Source of the DNA: Bacteroidales bacterium UBA4181
Lineage (GTDB): Bacteria; Bacteroidota; Bacteroidia; Bacteroidales; UBA4181
Length of the DNA stretch: 64,000 nucleotides
Assembly: GCA_002380425.1 (NCBI GenBank)
Contig: DFUR01000013.1
Location: 554 to 64,553, forward strand
Direction of reading: 5' to 3'
A model generated the notes under the pieces. It saw nothing but the letters and a program-made list of their open reading frames with translations. It had not been told where the DNA came from and did no database searches. The translations under genes were made by a program, and so were the position numbers. Every line of letters begins with the position of its first letter. The stretch's first letter is position 1. Of the stretch, positions 26,660-34,871 are shown piece after piece.

Positions 26660-26677
26660 TTTGTAAATGGTACGGAT

Positions 26678-27409
26678 ATGATGTTTTCTGTGGTGATTCC
26701 GCTCTACAACTGCGCCCGCTTTGTGCCCGAACTGACGCAGCGTTTGATTGATGCTCTATCCCGGATAACTCAGGATTTTGAAATCCTCTATATCAACGAT
26801 GCCAGCACTCAGGACGACTGGTCTCAGGTGGTCCTGGTAAGCGCATCGGATGTCAGGGTTAGGGGCATTAACCTGTCGCGAAACTTTGGACAACATTGCG
26901 CCATATCGGCTGGTTTGTCTTTTGCCACAGGGGAATGGGTAGTGGTTATGGACGGGGATCTGCAGGATCGACCAGAAGAGATTCCGGCTTTGTATCAAAA
27001 AGCCATCGAAGGCTTTGATATTGTTCTGGCTCAACGCATTCAGCGCCGGCATTCGGTGATAAAACGTCAAGGGTCCAGGTTGTTTTACGCTGTATTGGCC
27101 TATTTGACTGACACAGAGCAGGACGCATCGGTAGCTAACTTTGGCATCTATCACGCTAAAGTGGTGCGGGCCATCCTGTCCATGAAGGACTATTCCCGGT
27201 ATTTCCCGACGATGGTCAAATGGGTAGGATTCCGTAGTGCCAGAATGCCTGTGGAACATGCACTCAGGCCGGAAGGTACCGGAAGCTACCATTTCCATGC
27301 CCTGTTGCGCCTGTCCTTTTTCCCTTCCGCCGTCCATCAAAGGAAAACCGAAGAGGCATCATCACCACATTTATACATCCCGATGAACCCAGGAGACGGG
27401 AGTTGCTGA
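26678..27409 (+). pseudogene. GtrB/ArnC-like polyprenyl-phosphate glycosyltransferase lacking the C-terminal membrane anchor (truncated paralog of 27887..28855)
   Basis: It aligns by eye with the downstream paralog ('LSRNFGQHCAISAGL' vs 'LSRNFGQQYALQAGL'; 'DGDLQDRPEEIPALYQKAIEGFDIV' vs 'DCDLQDRPEEIPGLLRKAQEGFDVV') up to about 'GTGSYHF'. After that it diverges and stops, without the two TM helices seen in the paralog. Confidence 0.5.
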
Positions 27410-27882
27410 ATCGGTTGGCTCAGGCGGGATGCGACGTGCAGAATGTGACGGGAAAATACAGCCCACAGGAGATATCCGAGCTTTATGGACATATTCGCAT
27501 CCTGATCAATATACATCAAACAGAGGCTCACCACACGTTTGAAGAACTGCGGGTGTTGCCTGCACTGCTTTGTGGGGCCATCGTAATCAGTGAAGATTCT
27601 CCATTAAGGGAGACCGTTCCCTATTCCAAATTCATCCTGTGGTCCGATATGGAGCATATCGTACCATTTGTTCGTGAGGTGGAAAAGAATTATGACAAAT
27701 ATTTCGATGCCCTTTTTTCTTCGTCTGATTTCGAGCAGGTCGTTGAACAGATGCATGCAAGGAACGAAGAACAGGTTCACAAAGGTTTGAGCAGTCTCAA
27801 TAGGCCTCGTTCCACACAAATGTGGTCAGTGGCCTCAGGCAGAATACGCCGGTGTTTTGACCGGCTCCTGGCCCGGATTTAA
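27340..27882 (+). pseudogene. C-terminal fragment of a GT-B-like glycosyltransferase (no ATG; track ORF starts at TTG 27403)
   Basis: This frame is open from 27238. From about 27350 it reads 'RRGIITTFIHPDEPRRRELLNRLAQAGCDV...ELYGHIRILINIH...FEELRVLPALLCGAIVISE'. That resembles the C-terminal half of CgeB/GT1-like proteins such as 46784..47803, but it has no N-terminal half. Confidence 0.4.
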
Positions 27883-27886
27883 CCCA

Positions 27887-28855
27887 ATGGTCAGCAATGG
27901 CACAAAATCAATGCTTATGAAGGAACATGTTGCATTATCCGTGGTGAGCCCGGTGTACAAGTCCGAGGCGTTGGTTGGCCCCTTGGTGGAGCGCATCATT
28001 GCTGCAGTAGAACCCTTGCAGTTGCGGTACGAGATTATTCTCGTTGAGGATGCTGGCCCGGATCACTCCTGGGACAGAATTGTGGAGCATGCCCGAAAAT
28101 ATCCACAGGTTCGGGGGCTGAGACTGAGCCGGAATTTTGGACAGCAATATGCGTTACAGGCTGGACTTGATGCGAGTCAGGGAGATTGGGTGGTGACTCT
28201 GGATTGTGATCTTCAGGACAGGCCCGAGGAGATTCCCGGATTACTCCGTAAGGCGCAAGAGGGGTTTGATGTGGTGGCTGCTCACCGGGGACACCGGCAG
28301 GATGAGTGGCTTAAACGGTTCGCCTCACGCACTTTCTATCGCTTGCTGGGATACCTTACCGGAACTGCTTTGGATGGGGGCGTTGCGAATTTTATGTTGT
28401 ACCGCAGGAGTGTGGTGGATGCGATGGCTCGTTTTCACGATTACCATCGTTATTACCCCATGCTGCACAAACTTGTGGGATTTCGGTATGCACTTGTTCC
28501 CATTGAGCACGCCGAAAGGCCTCAGGGACGTTCTTCTTATTCTTTCCGCAAAAGAATCCGTCTGGCACTTTCGACGATTCTTTCTTTCTCCGATAAGCCC
28601 CTTCGGCTTGCTGTGAAACTTGGAGTAGTCCTGTCTGCGCTTTCCCTGTTGACGGCCATAGTGCTTGTTGTTCTGTATTTTGCCAGCGATGTGCACGTGG
28701 ACGGCTGGGCCAGTCTTGCCCTTCTGCAGAGTTTCTTTTCCGGAGCCATCATCACGGTATTGGGTATGGTGGGTTTGTATGTGGCCAGTATTTTTGAGAG
28801 TGTCAAGGAGCGTCCCACTTACCTGGTTTCGGGCAGGGTGAATTTTGATGAATAA
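27887..28855 (+). CDS. GtrB/ArnC-like polyprenyl-phosphate sugar synthase (GT2 with two C-terminal TM helices)
   Basis: 'LSVVSPVYKSEALVGPLVERI', 'DCDLQDRPEEI' and the C-terminal helices 'LGVVLSALSLLTAIVLVVLYF' and 'FFSGAIITVLGMVGLYVASIF'. The start is uncertain (27887, 27911 or 27917). Confidence 0.85.
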   Translation: MVSNGTKSMLMKEHVALSVVSPVYKSEALVGPLVERIIAAVEPLQLRYEIILVEDAGPDHSWDRIVEHARKYPQVRGLRLSRNFGQQYALQAGLDASQGDWVVTLDCDLQDRPEEIPGLLRKAQEGFDVVAAHRGHRQDEWLKRFASRTFYRLLGYLTGTALDGGVANFMLYRRSVVDAMARFHDYHRYYPMLHKLVGFRYALVPIEHAERPQGRSSYSFRKRIRLALSTILSFSDKPLRLAVKLGVVLSALSLLTAIVLVVLYFASDVHVDGWASLALLQSFFSGAIITVLGMVGLYVASIFESVKERPTYLVSGRVNFDE

Positions 28856-31115
28856 AAGGAATTCCATAAAACTGCTTCTTGCTCTTGGAGTATTTGTTCT
28901 GATATTTTCGGGGCTGATTCTCCACAGATACAGGGAGGCTCTTAACTTGAACTACGTGTACCTCAAGGTCTCAGGGACGGAGAGTCCGCTGTCCGTTCAA
29001 GGAGAGACAAATCTTGGGGCAATCGTTGATTTTGCTCAGAATCAGAATTTGATATGGACTTTGCCCCAGAATGAGAACCGGGCGTTGGTTCGTATCATGG
29101 TTCATGCTCCGGGTTCGGCCGCAGACTCCTCTCTGAGGATTGCTTTGGCGGAATCTCCCAGGCCGGCTTACGACGAATCGCAGTTGTGGTTTCGCCCACA
29201 CTCACACTTGCTTGTGGAGCACGGAGAGGTGTCTGCTTCACAACGGAGGAGCATCCTGCCAGCGTACCACAATGTTCTGAACTGGAAGGGTGATGTACGT
29301 CTTGTTCTTTCCCCCTTACTTGTTGCATCTCTCATAACCATCGTTTTGATTGCCTTCCTGTTCCCGCAGGCTGCGGCTGAAGCGCGAGAGTGGATTGGCT
29401 CAATACTTGGGAAATGTGAGACGCCGTTCTACTGGCTGTATCTGATTGCATTCCCTTTGTATGGATTGTTTCGGGGAGTTGACTTAACTGATGTGCCCTA
29501 TGTGCTGAATCACTACAGGTTTTTTCCCGAAACGAACCCCTTGTTCTACCTCTCCTCCATGCTGGGAAACCTCTGGATAAAACTGGCCGGAAACGGAATT
29601 CTGGCCTCCAGAATATTATATCTTATTCTGTTGTGGTCCATGATGTTGATCATATATTCCGCCCTGATGAGAAAAGTGCCCCGCCGGATACTGCTTCAGG
29701 GGTTGGTCGTCATGATGTCCTCGATTGTTACAGCATCTGCCTACTCTCCATCGCTTGACTCTCTGTCGCTTTTGTTGCTGCTGGCTCAGTTTGTGTGCAT
29801 TTCAGGATACCTGGAGCAGGGCAGGAGCGGGATGTTGGTGGTGTATGGTTTGGTGTCTGGATTGCTCACCTTGGTGCGTTTCCCGGGAATCGCTACTATA
29901 GGGATTCCCTTCATCATTTGGGCAGTGATGCTTATCGAGAGCCGCTGGTCACGAACCCCTTTGCGGAGTGTGCACCCTGCCAGAGATGCGCTGTTTCTCC
30001 TGCTGCCTTTTGCTTGCGTTATAGCGTCTTTCCTGCTGTTCGCTCCGGGTTACAGCCTCACAGCGGTCTGGGATGCCATAACCCACTTGCTGGCGAATGA
30101 CAGAAACCATTCTCTGGATGCCATCACGTCCATGTATGCTCATGACTTTCAAATGTACGTACGGAACTTTATCTTCCTTGGGGTGGGTTGTGGTGTATTT
30201 GCACTTCTGAGAAGGTTTCCAAGCATTGTCCGATGGGCATTTCTATTATTGTTCTACGCCTGGATGGTTTGGTATGTATGGGCAAACAGAGGCCCGCATA
30301 TCCCATTCGGTATGGTGGCATTTTTCAGTTGTGGCATCCTGCTGCTTTTGCTGGTGATGTTGCTTCACCTGGAATGGCATCGCTATCGGTTCATTGTACT
30401 GACCTTGCTTGTAGGTTTTGTCTTTGTGTTTGTCCCCATTCTGGGTTCAGCTACCGGGTTTTTCAAAATGAGGCTTTTCCTCTCTGTTTATGCTGTCTTT
30501 TTGTGGGCTTTGATGCACCGTGTGGCTGCTGATGGGAACAGAGTCGGCTATTTTAAACCATTTTTTGGGGTGTTTGTTCTTGTCTTGGTTCTTTCCTCCC
30601 TGGTTTTCAGGCTGGGATTCGTTTACGGAGATACCGCTCCTGTGCGCACCATGACCGAGTATTCATCTTTGCCTCAGTTACATGGCATCAGAATTTCACA
30701 GGTGCGCAAACATTATCTGGAGGATACTCTGGATCGATTGTGCCGCCATGTCGGGAGTTCGCAAGACCTGGTTCTCTATGGACGTCCAGGTCATATGTTT
30801 TATTACTTGTTACAAAGAAAAAGTCCGGTTCTCCAGAATTTCGAACTCGATTGTGATTCAGTGCATCTTCAGGTTCTGGAGCAATTCTTTGCCGAGGGAC
30901 ATCTGCCCGTTATCGGGATTCTGCATGGGGAACCTCACGCACATTCCTTTCTTCCGCCTAACCCCTTGTCACCCCCGAAACCAACTGAGGATCAAAAAAA
31001 ATTGATTGATATGTTGCAACAAAGAGGTTACCGGATTGTGGAAGAAACAGGCTACATGGTTCTGCTTCTCCCCGAGACCAGTCTTGCCCCTCACATGCCC
31101 ATCCCCATCCCATGA
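28848..31115 (+). CDS. Large polytopic membrane protein, GT-C (ArnT/PMT-like) glycosyltransferase candidate
   Basis: About 755 aa with at least 12 hydrophobic helices. It has an acidic first-loop candidate 'FRGVDLTDVPYV' and a soluble C-terminal domain of about 150 aa. It overlaps the GtrB-like stop. Confidence 0.6.
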   Translation: MNKRNSIKLLLALGVFVLIFSGLILHRYREALNLNYVYLKVSGTESPLSVQGETNLGAIVDFAQNQNLIWTLPQNENRALVRIMVHAPGSAADSSLRIALAESPRPAYDESQLWFRPHSHLLVEHGEVSASQRRSILPAYHNVLNWKGDVRLVLSPLLVASLITIVLIAFLFPQAAAEAREWIGSILGKCETPFYWLYLIAFPLYGLFRGVDLTDVPYVLNHYRFFPETNPLFYLSSMLGNLWIKLAGNGILASRILYLILLWSMMLIIYSALMRKVPRRILLQGLVVMMSSIVTASAYSPSLDSLSLLLLLAQFVCISGYLEQGRSGMLVVYGLVSGLLTLVRFPGIATIGIPFIIWAVMLIESRWSRTPLRSVHPARDALFLLLPFACVIASFLLFAPGYSLTAVWDAITHLLANDRNHSLDAITSMYAHDFQMYVRNFIFLGVGCGVFALLRRFPSIVRWAFLLLFYAWMVWYVWANRGPHIPFGMVAFFSCGILLLLLVMLLHLEWHRYRFIVLTLLVGFVFVFVPILGSATGFFKMRLFLSVYAVFLWALMHRVAADGNRVGYFKPFFGVFVLVLVLSSLVFRLGFVYGDTAPVRTMTEYSSLPQLHGIRISQVRKHYLEDTLDRLCRHVGSSQDLVLYGRPGHMFYYLLQRKSPVLQNFELDCDSVHLQVLEQFFAEGHLPVIGILHGEPHAHSFLPPNPLSPPKPTEDQKKLIDMLQQRGYRIVEETGYMVLLLPETSLAPHMPIPIP

Positions 31116-32086
31116 TCGCTTCAATCTCAGTAGTGATTCCTACCTATAACCGAGCCCATACGATAGCCCGTTGTTTGCGGTCTGTGGTGCAGCAAACCCT
31201 GCCTCCCATGGAGGTGATTGTGGTAGATGATTGTTCTTCAGACAACACCGTGTCTATGGTGCAGGGATTGGGGTATCCTTCGGTAAGGGTAGTTGTTCTG
31301 GAGCAGAATTCGGGAGCCCAGGCAGCCCGAAACCGTGGTATCCGAGAAGCCCACGGGGAGTGGATTGCTTTTCAGGACTCTGATGATGAATGGATTAAAA
31401 ATAAGTTGGAAATACAGTACCACTACAATCTGACAAATGGTTTGAATGTGTCATATACCAACGCCTGGATTCACAAAGACCAGTCGAGATGGTTATACGA
31501 TATGCCAGATTATAGCATGGACACTTACAAATGTTTGTTGGCAAAATATGGACCCATGTTCCCGAGTCTGCTGGTTCGCAGGCAATGTTTGGTGGAGATT
31601 GGATTCTTGGATGAATGTGTTCCAAGTTATCAGGAATGGGATACATCAATAAGGTTGGCTCGAAGGAATAATTTTGGTTTTATCAACCAACCTTTGTTTG
31701 TGTACCATCTGCATCAGGGTGAGACCATTTCGAAAGATGTGGCGAGGGAAGCTCTTGGAGTATCTTACATTGCGCAGAAACACAGGGAGGAAATTGTGCG
31801 GGTTGCCGGTGCGGCCGTGTACCGGCGGCATTGTCTGGATATCGCTGAAAGGTTTCGGCGTGCCGGGAATCCTGCCCGGGAACGGGCCTTCCTGAAGGAT
31901 TCTGTGCGTTTTCAAGAGGGCTTTGCTCGTAGATGTGCAGAACGTTTATTATTGCTATATTGTCCCTTGTTCCGGATGTATTTGGAGCAAGGTGAATCTT
32001 TCCCCCGGCTCTGGGCCCGGATGATTGTGAAAACCAAGATGTTCATCGCGCGTATAATTGGAAGATATGAAGACCATAACCCATGA
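31112..32086 (+). CDS. GT2-family glycosyltransferase
   Basis: 'ISVVIPTYNRAHTIARCLRSVVQQTLPPMEVIVVDDCSSDNT' and 'FQDSDDEW'. ATGA overlap upstream. Confidence 0.85.
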   Translation: MIASISVVIPTYNRAHTIARCLRSVVQQTLPPMEVIVVDDCSSDNTVSMVQGLGYPSVRVVVLEQNSGAQAARNRGIREAHGEWIAFQDSDDEWIKNKLEIQYHYNLTNGLNVSYTNAWIHKDQSRWLYDMPDYSMDTYKCLLAKYGPMFPSLLVRRQCLVEIGFLDECVPSYQEWDTSIRLARRNNFGFINQPLFVYHLHQGETISKDVAREALGVSYIAQKHREEIVRVAGAAVYRRHCLDIAERFRRAGNPARERAFLKDSVRFQEGFARRCAERLLLLYCPLFRMYLEQGESFPRLWARMIVKTKMFIARIIGRYEDHNP

Positions 32087-32489
32087 CGGGGCCATCATGG
32101 CCATTGTGATTCCCAGCTCGTACAACAAGCAGGGAATAGAGTTTTTTACCCCGGATGATTTTTCCCAGCAACTGGCTTATATGCATCATCCTAAGGGGAA
32201 ACTAATTCAGCCCCATGTGCACAACCTGATCATGCGTGAGGTGCATTTCACCCAGGAAGTACTGGTTATTCGCAAGGGTAGGGTACGGGTGGATTTCTTT
32301 TCCACTGCTCAGGAGTATTTGGAGAGTTGTGTGCTGGAAACAGGGGACGTGATTTTGCTGGCCTCCGGGGGACACGGCTTTGAAATGCTCGAAGAAACCG
32401 AGATGATTGAAATCAAGCAGGGGCCCTTTGCGGGGGATAAGGACAAAACCCGCTTTGATGCCACCGTTAGCGAACTTAAGATACGATAA
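32067..32489 (+). CDS. Small cupin-fold protein (WbuC-like?)
   Basis: About 140 aa. 'HHPKGKLIQPHVHN' and 'GDVILLASGGHGFEM' look like cupin motifs 1 and 2. The exact family cannot be determined by eye. Confidence 0.5.
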   Translation: MKTITHDGAIMAIVIPSSYNKQGIEFFTPDDFSQQLAYMHHPKGKLIQPHVHNLIMREVHFTQEVLVIRKGRVRVDFFSTAQEYLESCVLETGDVILLASGGHGFEMLEETEMIEIKQGPFAGDKDKTRFDATVSELKIR

Positions 32490-32490
32490 T

Positions 32491-33609
32491 ATGTTTATTC
32501 CTGTCAATGAGCCTTGTCTTGAAGGCAATGAGATAAAGTATCTCACAGAGTGCATTCAAACCGGCTGGATTTCGTCCGAAGGCCCGTATGTGACACAATT
32601 TGAGCAGTTGTTTGCCCAAAGAATGGGGCGGAAATATGGTATAGCAGTTTCCAATGGCTCGGTGGCACTTGATGCAGCAGTGGTTGCTCTGGGTCTCGAA
32701 AAGGGGGATGAAGTAATCATGCCGGCTTTTACGATTATTTCCTGCGCTGCAGCGATTGTCAGGGCCGGGGCTGTGCCTGTGTTGGTGGATTCCGAGCCGG
32801 ACACCTGGAATATGGATGTATCCCAGATAGAAGCAAAAATCACCCCCAGAACCAGGGCCATTATGGTGGTGCATATCTATGGTTTGCCTGTGGATATGGA
32901 CCCGGTGCTGGAACTGGCGCACAAGTACGGGCTGAAGGTGATTGAAGATGCAGCAGAGATGCACGGACAAACCTATAAAGGCCGACCGTGCGGTAGTCTG
33001 GGAGATATCAGCACTTTTAGTTTTTACCCCAACAAGCACATCACTACAGGTGAGGGGGGGATGATTCTTACCGATGACGAGCAACTTGCTGAGCGGTGCC
33101 GTTCCCTGCGCAATCTGTGCTTTCAGCCCGGCCGAAGGTTTGTGCATGAGGAGCTGGGCTGGAATTTCCGGCTCACCAACCTGCAGGCGGCAATGGGTGT
33201 AGCTCAGTTGGAGCGTCTGGATGAGTTTGTGGCGCGTAAAAGGGAGATAGGTTCCCGATACACCGCGCTACTCTCGGGCCAGAAGAGCCTGCAGATTCCG
33301 ATGGAAAGCACTCCGTATTCCAGGAATATTTACTGGGTGTTTGGTCTGGTTCTGGGCCCTGAGGTTCCGTTTGATGCCATGGAAGCCATGAAGCGTTTGG
33401 GCGAAGCTGGCGTTGGAACCCGTCCATTCTTCTGGTGCATGCACGAACAACCGGTCTTTCAAAAGATGGGCCTGTTTGTTGGAGAACATTACCCGGTTGC
33501 TGAGAATATGGCCCGCAGAGGGTTTTATGTGCCCAGCGGACTGGGTCTGAATCTGGACCTGATTCCCGAAATCTGCAGTAAAGTCAAGCTAATTCTGTCT
33601 CAATCCTGA
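32491..33609 (+). CDS. DegT-family aminotransferase, GDP-perosamine synthase-like
   Basis: 'MFIPVNEPCLEGNEIKYLTECIQTGWISSEG', 'FSFYPNKHITTGEGGMILTDD' (PLP Lys) and 'NFRLTNLQAAMGVAQLERL' match the pattern of Per/RfbE-type enzymes. ATG at 32491. Confidence 0.75.
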   Translation: MFIPVNEPCLEGNEIKYLTECIQTGWISSEGPYVTQFEQLFAQRMGRKYGIAVSNGSVALDAAVVALGLEKGDEVIMPAFTIISCAAAIVRAGAVPVLVDSEPDTWNMDVSQIEAKITPRTRAIMVVHIYGLPVDMDPVLELAHKYGLKVIEDAAEMHGQTYKGRPCGSLGDISTFSFYPNKHITTGEGGMILTDDEQLAERCRSLRNLCFQPGRRFVHEELGWNFRLTNLQAAMGVAQLERLDEFVARKREIGSRYTALLSGQKSLQIPMESTPYSRNIYWVFGLVLGPEVPFDAMEAMKRLGEAGVGTRPFFWCMHEQPVFQKMGLFVGEHYPVAENMARRGFYVPSGLGLNLDLIPEICSKVKLILSQS

Positions 33610-33613
33610 GCCG

Positions 33614-34861
33614 ATGCCCAAGCGGATTGCCGTTTTTCAGTACGACTGGCCCCTTCAGAGCTATACTCGTGATTTGCTGGTAAAGCTCAGGGAGGAAGGC
33701 CACGAGGTTACTTTTTTTGCCTATCAGGTGTTTGAAGTACAACTGGTGGATGTGTCTCCCTTGAGCGACCTGGGCATTGAGGAACTCTATTTTCAGGACA
33801 CCGGAACGAGGATTCAGCATGTGGAAGACCGGCTTGGAAGCATTTGGGGACGGGCATTCCGGCATATATTCTGGAGATTTCTGGTGGGCACACTCAAATG
33901 GCTCTGGAAGTTGCCTGTTCATCTTATTGACAAACTGGTGCTCTTTCAGTCCCTGTTGTCGGTTAGGAAACGTGCTCCCTTTGACTATTATATCGGGATG
34001 GAGAAGGAAGGCCTGATATGGGCTTCGCTCCTGGCACGAAAGACCAGAGTTCCGGTGATATATTACAGTCTGGAACTCTATCTGGAGGATCTTCTGCACC
34101 TTCCTGAATATGCAAAATATGCCTCATTGAGAAAAGCGGAGTTGAAATGTCACCAGCGGGCCGTGGCCACCATTGTGCAGGACCGGTTCAGGGCGGAGGC
34201 CTTGTTCCGGGCCAACAACACCCGGAATCTGTGGATTCCCCTGCCTGTTTCGGTAAGGGGGCTTCCGGTTTATAGAAAATCGGGATACCTGTGCCGAAAG
34301 TTCGGGATCCCCGCGGATAAAACCATCCTGTTGTATTTTGGTTTGTTTCTGCAGGTGCGTTTCTGTGAGGAAATCATCGAGGCTGTCAATGACATGGATG
34401 GGTCGTGTGTTGCTGTCTTTCACGGATACGGAGACCCGGAGTATGTGGCCCTGTTACAGTCCAAAGCCAAACCAGGCAGGGTGTATTTCAGTCTGGACCT
34501 GGTGGAGGAGTCAGAACTTTCCGAGATCCTCTCCTCGGCTCATATTGGATTTGCTCTGTATGAAAACCGCTATCTCAACGACAGGTTCACAGCCTTGTCC
34601 TCTCAGAAGATTGCCCTCTTTGCACGGCACGGACTGCCCTTTGTGGCCATGAAGAATGAAAGCTATGAGGACTTAGAGCGACAGGTGCCCTGTTGTGCCC
34701 TTGTGGATGATGTATCGTCCTTGCCTCAGGCACTTTCCCTTGTAGTGAGTCATTACCAGCAATACCGCGCGGCTTCTTTTGAGGCCTACCGGAGATTCTA
34801 CCATTTCGATCAGGCGTTCGCTCCCCTTGGAACATTCCTGAAATCAGGTTCTATTCAATAA
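33614..34861 (+). CDS. GT-B fold glycosyltransferase-like protein
   Basis: 'KRIAVFQYDWPLQSYTRDLLVKLREEGHEVTFF' is a GT-B N-domain start. The C-domain contains 'ILLYFGLF...VAVFHGYGDPEYV' and 'SQKIALFARHGLPFVA'. Confidence 0.55.
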   Translation: MPKRIAVFQYDWPLQSYTRDLLVKLREEGHEVTFFAYQVFEVQLVDVSPLSDLGIEELYFQDTGTRIQHVEDRLGSIWGRAFRHIFWRFLVGTLKWLWKLPVHLIDKLVLFQSLLSVRKRAPFDYYIGMEKEGLIWASLLARKTRVPVIYYSLELYLEDLLHLPEYAKYASLRKAELKCHQRAVATIVQDRFRAEALFRANNTRNLWIPLPVSVRGLPVYRKSGYLCRKFGIPADKTILLYFGLFLQVRFCEEIIEAVNDMDGSCVAVFHGYGDPEYVALLQSKAKPGRVYFSLDLVEESELSEILSSAHIGFALYENRYLNDRFTALSSQKIALFARHGLPFVAMKNESYEDLERQVPCCALVDDVSSLPQALSLVVSHYQQYRAASFEAYRRFYHFDQAFAPLGTFLKSGSIQ

Positions 34862-34871
34862 CCAACACTCT

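Noticed and set aside
32067-32489. Whether the cupin is an FdtA/QdtA-type dTDP-4-keto-6-deoxyglucose 3,4-isomerase.
   Set aside because: The residues I can recall from FdtA-type isomerases do not line up by eye with this protein. I left it as a generic cupin (WbuC-like?) with low confidence.
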